Assembly: GCA_963837945.1 (NCBI GenBank)
Contig: CAWIQD010000009.1
Coordinates: 201,700 to 265,699, forward strand
Source: an uncultured Acidobacteriota bacterium
GTDB taxonomy: Bacteria > Acidobacteriota > Thermoanaerobaculia > Multivoradales > DATKCC01
Direction of reading: 5' to 3'
Length of the DNA stretch: 64,000 nucleotides
A program made the translations under genes and the position numbers. Shown here piece after piece: positions 1 to 8,696 of this stretch (the stretch's first letter is position 1; each line of letters begins with the position of its first letter). The notes under the pieces were generated by a model. The model saw only the letters and a list, made by a program, of their open reading frames with translations, searched no databases and was not told where the DNA came from.

Positions 1-1
1 C

Positions 2-166
2 GAGATGACAAGAGTGGGGAGGGATCAGGCTCCGCTTGCTCCTCCGGTCGGAATGACAAAAGTGGGGAGGGCTCAGGCTCCGCCTAGTCCTTCGGTCGAG
101 ATAACAAGAGTGGGGAGGGATCAGGCTCCGCCTGCTCCTGCGGCCGGAATGACAAGAGTGGAGTGG
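2..166. repeat. 48-bp tandem repeat, ~3.4 visible units (may continue left of the window)
   Basis: ATGACAAGAGTGGGGAGGGATCAGGCTCCGC-type unit starts at 5, 53, 101 and 149; the whole unit is conserved, with no unique spacers. Confidence 0.9.
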
Positions 167-170
167 TCGC

Positions 171-199
171 TTGACTTCTGCTCGTGGACGGCGTAAGGT
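171..199 (+). promoter_or_regulatory. putative sigma70 promoter upstream of the 376-1406 gene pair
   Basis: TTGACT (171-176), 17-bp spacer, TAAGGT (194-199). Confidence 0.55.
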
Positions 200-375
200 A
201 GGCGTAGATCGGATGAACCGGGGAAAGGAGGACGACGACAGCAGCTGACTACAGCGTGTACCGCCACGTCCCTTGAAGACCCGGTCCGGCCGACCCCCGT
301 GAAGCTGCCAGATCGACCCGACAACCCAGGCGGGCACGGCAGGGTCGTGAGCCACTGCCGCGCCCTGGCCGACAC

Positions 376-999
376 ATGGAGATACGTTCCATGAGCCAGC
401 GTGATCCGAAGTGTAGCAACCCGCAGTGTCCCTACGACGATCTTGAAGGCCGCGGCCCTCGCGCGGGGGCGCCCTCTCCTCCCCTTGGGGGTGAGGAGAG
501 GGTCGGGGAGAAGGAGAGGGGATCCGGTCGCTTCCCCAACGCCTTCTCCGCCGACTTCCTCGCCGAGCTCGCGCACCGCGACTCTGCCCCCGCCACCCCC
601 GAAGCCGACCTCGCCGGCCCCTGGCGCGTCACGGCCCTCTACGGCGCCGGCGCCGACCCCCGCTGGGCCTGCATCGCCGCCGGCGAGCACCGGCCCCGCC
701 TGACCCTCCAGGCGCCCGACCTCGCCTACCTGGCGGCCGCCGCCCTCGCCGTTGCCGAGCGCCCCGCCACCTTCCGCTTCCAGGAAGACGCCGGCCGGCG
801 CCTCCACCTCCTCTGGCACGGTCGCCCGGTCGGCACCTCCCTCTACAGGGGAGACACCCTCCCCCTCGTCCTCGGCGCCCTCGCCGACCTCCGCGTCCAG
901 CCCCTCGCCTTTGCCCACTACCTCCTCTCCGTCCCCGACGAGACCCTCCGCCGGAGCGGGCGCATCCTCATGGACCTCCTCCGGGAGAGCCGGCGATGA
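376..999 (+). CDS. hypothetical protein; N-terminal part contains an in-frame palindromic repeat
   Basis: 207-aa ORF with GC3-rich codon usage; stop overlaps next start (ATGA); start could be 391. Confidence 0.7.
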   Translation: MEIRSMSQRDPKCSNPQCPYDDLEGRGPRAGAPSPPLGGEERVGEKERGSGRFPNAFSADFLAELAHRDSAPATPEADLAGPWRVTALYGAGADPRWACIAAGEHRPRLTLQAPDLAYLAAAALAVAERPATFRFQEDAGRRLHLLWHGRPVGTSLYRGDTLPLVLGALADLRVQPLAFAHYLLSVPDETLRRSGRILMDLLRESRR

Positions 1000-1406
1000 G
1001 GTCGGGCGAAGCCCGGCCCGCCGAGCCGGCCAGCCGGCCGGATCTCGAGACCGCCTTCCGCGAGACCTTCCTCTTCTGCTTCACCCGTCCGGAGCACGTC
1101 GAGCTCCTCCGGCAGCTCGGCCGAGTGCTCTACGACGTCGCCATGGAGAGCCCGTACTGGGACTGGGGCGCGAGCCACGGTCTCGGCTCGGCGCGCGGCG
1201 ACACCGCCGCCGCCGCGGCGGACCTCGAGGACCTCGCCCGCTACCTCCAGCGGATCGCGGAGGAGCCGGCGGAGGTGGGCGTTTCCGACCAGGACCTCGC
1301 GGTGTGCCGCGCCGCCGCCGGCTGGGCGAGGCGGGTGCGGCGGCTGGTGGCCGAGATGCGCGAGGTCGTCGGCCAAGGCGGGGAGGAGGACGACGAAGGC
1401 GAATAG
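996..1406 (+). CDS. hypothetical helical protein, translationally coupled to the upstream ORF
   Basis: 136-aa ORF, ATGA overlap, coding-like codon bias. Confidence 0.7.
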   Translation: MRSGEARPAEPASRPDLETAFRETFLFCFTRPEHVELLRQLGRVLYDVAMESPYWDWGASHGLGSARGDTAAAAADLEDLARYLQRIAEEPAEVGVSDQDLAVCRAAAGWARRVRRLVAEMREVVGQGGEEDDEGE

Positions 1407-1414
1407 CAGCGGTG

Positions 1415-1443
1415 GGCCCGGCCGCCGGTCCGGGGCCGGGCCC
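1415..1443 (+). terminator. GC-rich hairpin after the 376-1406 pair
   Basis: GGGCCCGGC...GCCGGGCCC inverted repeat just after the stop; no U-tract. Confidence 0.35.
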
Positions 1444-1481
1444 GTCCTCGCCAAGGCCCCACCGTTCGGAGCCGGTCCGGA

Positions 1482-1645
1482 AGTACTCCGTGGCAGAAAT
1501 ACGCTCGCATTCGGGCGCCGCTGCATCCACCCCAGCGGCGTTGCGCTCCCTGCGACAGACCTTCGGGTATGCCTCGGTCGCGCGCCTTGCTGGGGCGGCG
1601 CCCCGGCGTCCTCGGTACGTGACCGTATTTCTGCCACGGAGTACT
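1482..1645. mobile_element. MITE-like element 1 (164 bp, 22-bp perfect terminal inverted repeats)
   Basis: AGTACTCCGTGGCAGAAATACG (1482-1503) and exact reverse complement (1624-1645); possible TA duplication at 1484-1485/1642-1643; no coding capacity. Confidence 0.75.
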
Positions 1646-1654
1646 AAGTTTGGC

Positions 1655-1685
1655 CGGCCGAGCCGGAGCTCGGCCGCTTCACGCG
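1655..1685 (+). repeat. REP-like hairpin family A copy
   Basis: CGGCCGAG-CCGGAG-CTCGGCCG followed by CTTCACGCG; same motif at 2804, 12567, 12664, 12900, 12946, 14008, 14101, 14192. Confidence 0.85.
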
Positions 1686-1795
1686 AGATCGCACTCCCAG
1701 GCGGGAGGTTGCGACCGGCTCTTGCGTCCTCATGAGTAAAAGCCTCGGACCGGCCGAGGCCCGTGTCGCCCCACCCACACGACCGGAGGCATCGA

Positions 1796-2782
1796 GTGCA
1801 CGATCAGCTCTTCAAGGAGGTTCTCCAGGCGTTCTTCGCCGACTTCGTCCGGCTGGTGCTGCCGGACGTGGCGGCGCAGCTCCGACTGGAACGACCGCGC
1901 TTCCGCGACAAGGAGCGCTTCACCGACACGACCGAGGGAGAGCACCGTTACCTCGATGTCCTCGCCGAGGTCGAGACGGTGGACGGGGAGGAGGAGCTCG
2001 TCCTGGTCCACGTGGAGATCGAGGCCGAAGCCCGCGGGAGCGAGGCCATGGGCCACCGCATGTGGCGCTACGCCATGCAGCTCTGGCTCCGTGACGACAA
2101 GGAGGTTCTCCCCATCGTCCTCTATCTCCAGGGTGGCGATCCCGACGTGTACCGGGTCACCGTGGAGCGAAGGGCCAAAGGTCGTTTGATTTCCACGTTC
2201 ACCCACTGGGCGCTCGGGCTGTCCCGGAGCCGGGCCATCGAATACCTGGACCGGCCGGAGGCCCTCGCCGCAGCCCTCGCCGCCCTGATGGACCCGGGCG
2301 AGCTGTCCGTCGCCGAGAAGAAGCTCGAGTGTTTGCGGCGCGTCGGCCGGGCCGAAGTCGACGACGCCCGGAGGTTCCTGCTGGCCAACATCGTGGAGAC
2401 CTACATAGAATTGGACGAAGCGTCACAGGAGGAGTATGAAAGCCTCCTGGCTGCCGAGCCGAACGAGGAGGTGCGCGCCATGGAGATGACCTGGGCCGAG
2501 AAGATGGAAGCGAAGGGCATGGAGAAGGGTATCGAGAAGGGAATGGAGAAGGGCATCCAGAAGGGCATCGAGAAGGGCCTCGAGAAGGGCATCGAGAAGG
2601 GCATCGAGTTAGGCCGGCTGGAGGGGATGCGCACCCTGGTTGCCGATCTCCTCGAGCTGCGCTTCGGTTCGCTGTCCGAGACGTCGAAGGAGCATCTCGG
2701 GGCCATCGAGTCCGCCGACGAGCTCTTCAGCCTTCACCAGCGCGCCTTCGACGCCGCCAGCCTCGGCGAGCTCGGGCTCTAA
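1796..2782 (+). CDS. Rpn family recombination-promoting nuclease / putative transposase (PD-(D/E)XK; DUF4351-like C-terminus)
   Basis: HDQLFKEVL N-terminus, YLDVLAEV...VHVEIEAE nuclease motif, GIEKG repeats, LRFG C-terminal motif; GGAGG RBS before GTG 1796. Confidence 0.85.
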   Translation: MHDQLFKEVLQAFFADFVRLVLPDVAAQLRLERPRFRDKERFTDTTEGEHRYLDVLAEVETVDGEEELVLVHVEIEAEARGSEAMGHRMWRYAMQLWLRDDKEVLPIVLYLQGGDPDVYRVTVERRAKGRLISTFTHWALGLSRSRAIEYLDRPEALAAALAALMDPGELSVAEKKLECLRRVGRAEVDDARRFLLANIVETYIELDEASQEEYESLLAAEPNEEVRAMEMTWAEKMEAKGMEKGIEKGMEKGIQKGIEKGLEKGIEKGIELGRLEGMRTLVADLLELRFGSLSETSKEHLGAIESADELFSLHQRAFDAASLGELGL

Positions 2783-2803
2783 GGGGAGGGCGGAGCGTTC
2801 GGC

Positions 2804-2832
2804 CGGCCGACGCGCAGGTCGGCCGCTTCACG
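2804..2832 (+). repeat. REP-like hairpin family A copy with compensatory change
   Basis: CGGCCGAC-GCGCAG-GTCGGCCG-CTTCACG; G:C swapped to C:G relative to the other copies. Confidence 0.8.
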
Positions 2833-2975
2833 AGGGGCCGGACTCCGCGGTGTAGCCTTCGGGCGTTTCTCGAACGTCCCGGAGGCTCGCCATGCGTCGT
2901 CTCCTCCGCTCGTCTGGCGCGCTGTGAGAAACTGGCGAGTCCGGGCGGGCCGCACTCCCCGGCCGTCGCCGTCCC

Positions 2976-5180
2976 ATGGCCTCCCCCTCCAGCCTCCAGT
3001 CCGCCGCGCGGCGCGCGCCGCTGGTCTTCGGCTTCGCCGCGGTCCTGGTGGGCGCCGCGCTCCTGGTGCTCCGGGTGGGCTCGCCCTGGACCGGGCTGAG
3101 CCTCCTGGGCGCCGGCGTCGTCGCCCTCTCGCTCGACCATTGGTGGGCTCGCCGCGACACCCGCAACACCTGGATCCCGTTTCTCCTGGGCGCCACCGTC
3201 CTGCTCGCCGGGGTGGTCTTCTGGCAGGGGCTCCGCGCCGGCGAGGACGCGGCGGTCGACCGCCGCACCGCGCTCGCCGCGCGCGGCGCCCGCAACGAGG
3301 TGGAGCACCGCCTGGAGGCGATGACCGACGCCCTCGTGAGCCTGGCGGACTCCGGCAGCAGCGCCGGCGCGCCGCGCTCGCTCCAGGACTGGCACACCGC
3401 GCTGCGCCAGACCTTCGACCGGTTCCCGTCGCTCAAGGCGGTCGAGTGGATCGGCCCGGACGGCGACATGAAGCTCCTGGGGCCCGGCCTCGACCAGTCG
3501 GCGGGGCCGCGGATCTCGGCGGCCGGCCGCACGGTGCTGCTCGACGCCGCCGAGCGCACCCGGAGCACCGGCCGGCCGGAGGTGGTGGGCCCCTTCCCCG
3601 CCGCCGGAGGCGGCACGGCGATCCGGATCGTCGTCCCGCTCGAGACCGCCGACGGGTCGCAGGCCAACCTCGCCGGTCTCTTCTCGGTGGGCGACGCGCT
3701 CGCCGATCTGCTCGACCGAGCCTCCCCCGCGCACCGCGTGCGCGTGCTGGCCGACGACCAGGAGGTCTTCGCGGCCGGTCCGGCGCCGGTGGAGCCGGCC
3801 GGCCGGTGGGTCCACGAGCTGCCGGTGAGGGTGGCCGGCGCGGTGCCCTGGAAGATCGAGGTCAGCCCGGGCCAGGCGCTGGTCGACGAGGAGCGCTCGG
3901 GCCTGCCCGAGATCGCCCTGGCGACCGCCGTCGTGGTGGCGATGCTGCTGTCGCTCACCTCCTGGTTCGGCGAGCAGGCCGCGGTGCGCGCCCGCCGCTT
4001 CGCCCGCGCGGTCGCCGAGCGCACCTCCGAGCTCGAAGCGGCCAAGGCGGACGCCCAGGCCGCCAACGCCGCCAAGGACCACTTCCTCGCGATGCTCGCC
4101 CACGAGCTGCGCAACCCGCTGGCCGGCGTGAGCACCGCCCTCGAGGTGCTGATGCGCGAGGACTCGGCCGACCCGGAGCGGGTCACCCGCATGCGGCGGA
4201 TCGCCCGCCGCCAGATGAAGCACATGGCGCTCCTCGTGGACGACCTGCTCGACATCTCCAGGATCGAGCGCGGCAAGCTCTCCCTGCGACTCGACCGGCT
4301 CGACCTGGTCGATCTGGTGCGCGACCTCGCCGAGGCCGAGCGCGCCCGGATCGAGGCGGCGGGCCTCGCCTTCTCGGTCGTGCTGCCCGACGAGCCGCTC
4401 TGGGTCGACGGGGATCCGACCCGCCTCACCCAGGTGGTGCTCAACCTGCTCTCGAACGCGGCCAAGTTCACCGACCCCGGAGGGCGGGTCGAGATCCGGG
4501 CGGCGGCCGAAGGCCCGGCGGGAGGGACGGCGGTCGTGACCGTGCGCGACACCGGCGCGGGGCTCGCGCCGGAGGAGCTCGAGGGGATCTTCGAGCCGTT
4601 CGCCCAGACCCGCGACGCGATCGCCCGGGCGGCGGGCGGCCTGGGCCTGGGCCTGCCGATCGTCAAGGGGCTGGTCGAGGCCCACGGCGGCACGATCCGG
4701 GCCGAGAGCGAGGGGCACGGGCGGGGCGCGACGCTCACGGTTCACCTTCCGCGCCGGGAGCCGCCGCCCCCGCAGGCCGGCGAGGCCCCCGACCACGAAG
4801 CGCAGGAGCCCGCCCGCATCGTGGTGATCGACGACCACCCGGACACCGCCGAGGGGCTCTGCGAGCTGCTCGGCCTCTTCGGGCACGAGGTCGAGGCGGT
4901 GAGGGACGGCGAGAGCGGCCTCGAGGAGATCCGGCGCTTCCGGCCCGACGTGGTGCTCTGCGACCTCGCCCTGCCGGGCGAGCTCGACGGCTTCCAGGTC
5001 GCCGAGATCTTGCGCTCCGACCCGCGGACCGCACCGATCCGGCTGGTGGCGCTGACCGGCTACGGTGACGAGGAGACCGCCCGCCGCTGCCGCGCCGCGG
5101 GCTTCGACGAGCACCTGACGAAGCCGGTCGACACGGAGCTCCTGCGCGAGGTGGTGGCGGCGAGGCCCGTCCGCGGGTAG
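2976..5180 (+). CDS. hybrid sensor histidine kinase/response regulator (membrane, CHASE-like sensor)
   Basis: TM helices, LAHELRNPL H-box, NLLSNAAKFT, GLGLGL G2 box, C-terminal receiver (VIDD...CDLALP...KP). Confidence 0.93.
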   Translation: MASPSSLQSAARRAPLVFGFAAVLVGAALLVLRVGSPWTGLSLLGAGVVALSLDHWWARRDTRNTWIPFLLGATVLLAGVVFWQGLRAGEDAAVDRRTALAARGARNEVEHRLEAMTDALVSLADSGSSAGAPRSLQDWHTALRQTFDRFPSLKAVEWIGPDGDMKLLGPGLDQSAGPRISAAGRTVLLDAAERTRSTGRPEVVGPFPAAGGGTAIRIVVPLETADGSQANLAGLFSVGDALADLLDRASPAHRVRVLADDQEVFAAGPAPVEPAGRWVHELPVRVAGAVPWKIEVSPGQALVDEERSGLPEIALATAVVVAMLLSLTSWFGEQAAVRARRFARAVAERTSELEAAKADAQAANAAKDHFLAMLAHELRNPLAGVSTALEVLMREDSADPERVTRMRRIARRQMKHMALLVDDLLDISRIERGKLSLRLDRLDLVDLVRDLAEAERARIEAAGLAFSVVLPDEPLWVDGDPTRLTQVVLNLLSNAAKFTDPGGRVEIRAAAEGPAGGTAVVTVRDTGAGLAPEELEGIFEPFAQTRDAIARAAGGLGLGLPIVKGLVEAHGGTIRAESEGHGRGATLTVHLPRREPPPPQAGEAPDHEAQEPARIVVIDDHPDTAEGLCELLGLFGHEVEAVRDGESGLEEIRRFRPDVVLCDLALPGELDGFQVAEILRSDPRTAPIRLVALTGYGDEETARRCRAAGFDEHLTKPVDTELLREVVAARPVRG

Positions 5181-5184
5181 CTCG

Positions 5185-6531
5185 CTACTCGGCGACCGGC
5201 GAGGCGGCGAGCTCGCGGATTCCCCGCTCGAGCCGCCGCACCAGCTCGGCGAGGTCCTCCTCGGCGACCGAGCAGTAGGCGATCCGGAGGAACTCCTCGC
5301 CCACCGCCACCAGACCTGTGTCCTCCTCCTCGAGCAGATGGCGGCGGATCCCGTCCGCCGTCAGCCCGGCCTCCCGCGCCCGCGGCCCGAGCTCGGCCAG
5401 GGCGAAGCAGCCGGAGTTGAACGGCAGGGCGCCCAGGAGCTCGGGGTCGCACGTCGCGAGCGCCGCGCGGAGCGTCCGGTGGCGACCGGCCAAGAGGCGC
5501 CGCACCGCCTCGACCTCGGCGTCCGCCCGGCCGCTTGCGAGGGCCTGGAGGGCAAGCACCTGGCCGGTCGCGACCGGCGAGCCGATCGCGGCGCGGACCA
5601 GGCACTTGACCTTGCTCTCGAGCGCCTCGGCCACCGGCGATCCGGGCTCGAACGGGAAGGTGAGGAAGCCCACCCTGCCGCCGAAGTACGAGAGCTCCTT
5701 GGTGGCGCCGTCGACCTTGACCGGCACCAGGCTCGGATGGCGCCCCTGGAGGTCCCAGAACATCGAGCGCGCCGGGATCCCCTCCTCGTAGACCAGACCG
5801 GCGTAGGCGTCGTCGCACAGGACGACGAGCGGTCGCTCCTCGGCCGCGCGCACCAGCGAGGCGGCGATCTCGTCGCGCTCGGCGGGGGTGGGCGAGTAAC
5901 CGCCCGGGTTCGACGGCAGGTTGAGGATCGCCACCGCCGGCTCGCCGGCCGGCAGGTCCGCCGCCGCCAGCGCTTCCTCGATCGCCCGCGGCTGGAAGCG
6001 CGCTCCGGCCTCGGACGGGGAGTACGCCGGAGCGCTCACCATCCGGGCGCCGGTCCGGAGGGCGAAGCTCTGCCGGTAGTTGCCCCAGAACGGCTTCGGC
6101 ACGGCCACCGCCCGCCCCGGGCCGGCGAAGAGGTCCGCCACCAGCGAGAGCCCGTGGGTGAGGCCGGCGGTCACCGCGGGCAGGGTGGAGCAAACCCCCT
6201 CCGGAATGCCCGGCAGCCGCCGCTGCCATTCCCGCCAGAGCCGGCGCAGGTCGGCGAGGCCCTCGACCGGCGAGTAGAGGAAGGCGCGGTTGCGCTCCGC
6301 CTCGGGCAGGCCGGCGAGCGCCGCCTCCATCGAGGGCAGCGGCACGGCCCGGCCCTGGCCGTCGGTGATCTGGCCGATCGTGCCGTTGTAGCGCTTGCCC
6401 CGAGCCTGGGCGGCCTGGAAGGGGATGTCCTGCGGGAAGAAGGCCCGCCGGCCGAGCGGGGACAGGGCGGCGTGGAGGGCGCTCGAGACCTCCCGGATCG
6501 CTTCGTTGGCGCGCTCGACGGACTCGATCAT
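5185..6531 (-). CDS. class I/II PLP-dependent aminotransferase
   Basis: NLPSNPGG, CDDAY, DGATKE...GGRVGF PLP-lysine motif. Confidence 0.9.
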   Translation of the reverse strand: MIESVERANEAIREVSSALHAALSPLGRRAFFPQDIPFQAAQARGKRYNGTIGQITDGQGRAVPLPSMEAALAGLPEAERNRAFLYSPVEGLADLRRLWREWQRRLPGIPEGVCSTLPAVTAGLTHGLSLVADLFAGPGRAVAVPKPFWGNYRQSFALRTGARMVSAPAYSPSEAGARFQPRAIEEALAAADLPAGEPAVAILNLPSNPGGYSPTPAERDEIAASLVRAAEERPLVVLCDDAYAGLVYEEGIPARSMFWDLQGRHPSLVPVKVDGATKELSYFGGRVGFLTFPFEPGSPVAEALESKVKCLVRAAIGSPVATGQVLALQALASGRADAEVEAVRRLLAGRHRTLRAALATCDPELLGALPFNSGCFALAELGPRAREAGLTADGIRRHLLEEEDTGLVAVGEEFLRIAYCSVAEEDLAELVRRLERGIRELAASPVAE

Positions 6532-6637
6532 CAGGGCTCCCTCCGGGAGGCGAGTCTACCCCGCGGGCGGCGCGGCGACGGGGCCCGAGCGCCGGTGGTG
6601 GAATTTCCGGGCGCCACTGGGTAAGGTTGCTCCGCCG

Positions 6638-8563
6638 ATGCGCCGGTACGCCTCGCTCGCTCGAACCCTCTGCCCGCTGGCGACCCTCGCCCTGCTGCCG
6701 ACCCTCGTGACCCCCGCTGCCGCGACCCCGGAGACCATGCGCCCCGACTCCCGCCCCGAGCCCTCCGCCGGCGAGCCCCGCGACCTCGCGGGTCCGCCTT
6801 CCGTCGTCTACACCCTGCGCTTCCCGGAGCCTGCGAACCACCTGGTCGAGGTCGAGGCGGAGGTCGCCGCCGGCGCGCCGGGCCGGGACCTCGACCTGAT
6901 GATGGCGGTCTGGACGCCGGGCTCCTACCTGGTCCGCGAGTTTGCGCGCAACGTCGAGTCGCTCCGGGCCGAGACCGCCGGCGGCGAGCCGGTCGCGATC
7001 GAGAAGGTGGCCAAGAACCGCTGGCGCCTGGCGACCGGCGGCGGCGCCGTGCGGGTGCGCTACACGCTCTATTGCCACGAGCTCAGCGTGCGCACCGACT
7101 GGGTGGACCGCGACTTCGCCCTGCTCAACGGCGCGGCGACCTACCTGGTGCCGGCCGGCGAGGACGGGCCCGCGCCGGGCGCCTTCGAGGTGCGCCTCGA
7201 GCTGCCCGGCGCCTGGCCGCTCGCCGCCTCGTCGCTCGCGAGCGCCGCCGCGGCCGGCCCGCCCGGCAGCGAGCGCGTCTTCCGGGCGCCGGACTACGAC
7301 ACGCTGGTCGACACGCCGATCTACGCCGGCACCGGACGGATCGGCTCGTTCGAGGTCGACGGCGTGCCGCACCGCCTCCTCGAGCAAGGCGGCGAGGGGA
7401 TCTGGGACGACGCCAAGGCGCTCGCCGACGTCGAGCGGATCGTCGAGACCGAGCGGGACTTCTGGGGCTCGCTCCCCTACGACCACTACCTGTTCATGAA
7501 CCTGATCGTCGAGGCCGGGGGCGGCCTGGAGCACGCCGGCTCGTCGGTGCTCATGACCAGCCGCTGGAAGGCCGGGACGCGCAAGGGGTACCTCGACTGG
7601 CTCGGCCTGGTCGCCCACGAGCTCTTCCACGCCTGGAACGTCAAGCGCCTGCGCCCGGCCGAGCTCGGGCCGTTCCACTACGAGTCCGAGACCTACACCC
7701 GGAGCCTGTGGGTGGCCGAGGGCATCACCTCGTACTACGACGACCTGCTGGTCCACCGCGCCGGCCTCTCGACGAGCGACGAGGAGCTCGAGCGGCTGAG
7801 CCGCCAGATCGAGAAGCTCCAGACCACGCCCGGCCGCCGGCTCCAGTCGATGGAGCTCGCCTCCTTCGACGCCTGGATCAAGCTCTACCGGCCGGACGAG
7901 AGCTCGATCAACACCGCCATCAGCTACTACACCAAGGGCGCGGTCGTGGCCTTCCTGCTCGACGCCGAGATCCGCCGCGCGACCGGCGGCGCGAAGTCGC
8001 TCGACGACGCCCTGCGCCTGGCGTGGCGGCGCTTCCCGCCCGAGCGCGGCTTCCGGCGCGAGGAGATGCGGCGGGTCTTCTCCGAGGTGGCGGGGCGCGA
8101 CCTGGGCGACTTCCTCGATCGGGCCCTCGAGTCGACCGACGAGCTCGACTACGCCCCGGCGCTCGCCTGGCTCGGGCTGCGCTTCGCCGAGCCGGAGAAG
8201 GAGCACGCCAAAAAGGGCGAGGAGCCGCCGGGCTGGCTCGGTGCCGACACCAAAGTCGAGGACGGCCGGCTCGTGGTGACCCAGGTCCGCCGCGGCACGC
8301 CGGCCGCCACCGCGGGCGTCGACCCCGAGGACGAGATCCTGGCGCTCGACGGGTTCCGGGTGCCGGCGCGCGACCTCGACGAGCGCCTCGAGGCCTACCG
8401 CCCGGGGCAGGCGGCGACGCTTCTCGTGGCCCGCCGCGGGCGGCTGATCGAGCTGCCGGTCACCCTGGGCGAGAAGCCGCCGGAGGGCTGGAAGCTCGAG
8501 GCCGACCCGAAGGCGAGCGAGGAGCAGGTCGCCCACCGGAAGGCGTGGCTCGCGGGCGGGTGA
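6638..8563 (+). CDS. M61 family glycyl aminopeptidase with C-terminal PDZ domain
   Basis: signal peptide, WTPGSY, GGGLEH, HELFHAWN zinc motif, YYTKG, PDZ. Confidence 0.92.
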   Translation: MRRYASLARTLCPLATLALLPTLVTPAAATPETMRPDSRPEPSAGEPRDLAGPPSVVYTLRFPEPANHLVEVEAEVAAGAPGRDLDLMMAVWTPGSYLVREFARNVESLRAETAGGEPVAIEKVAKNRWRLATGGGAVRVRYTLYCHELSVRTDWVDRDFALLNGAATYLVPAGEDGPAPGAFEVRLELPGAWPLAASSLASAAAAGPPGSERVFRAPDYDTLVDTPIYAGTGRIGSFEVDGVPHRLLEQGGEGIWDDAKALADVERIVETERDFWGSLPYDHYLFMNLIVEAGGGLEHAGSSVLMTSRWKAGTRKGYLDWLGLVAHELFHAWNVKRLRPAELGPFHYESETYTRSLWVAEGITSYYDDLLVHRAGLSTSDEELERLSRQIEKLQTTPGRRLQSMELASFDAWIKLYRPDESSINTAISYYTKGAVVAFLLDAEIRRATGGAKSLDDALRLAWRRFPPERGFRREEMRRVFSEVAGRDLGDFLDRALESTDELDYAPALAWLGLRFAEPEKEHAKKGEEPPGWLGADTKVEDGRLVVTQVRRGTPAATAGVDPEDEILALDGFRVPARDLDERLEAYRPGQAATLLVARRGRLIELPVTLGEKPPEGWKLEADPKASEEQVAHRKAWLAGG

Positions 8564-8696
8564 TCACATCCCCCCCGCATCCCCTCGATTCCCTTCCCTC
8601 CCCCGGGGGGGAAGGGGAGATCGATCGCATCCCACCCGCATCCCCTCGGGTGGGCAGACCTGCGGGGCCTCGCAACCGCTCGGTATCATCCAGCCT

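Noticed and set aside
2-166. possible CRISPR array
   Set aside because: The variable segments are short and similar to each other, so this is a tandem repeat; no cas genes are in the window
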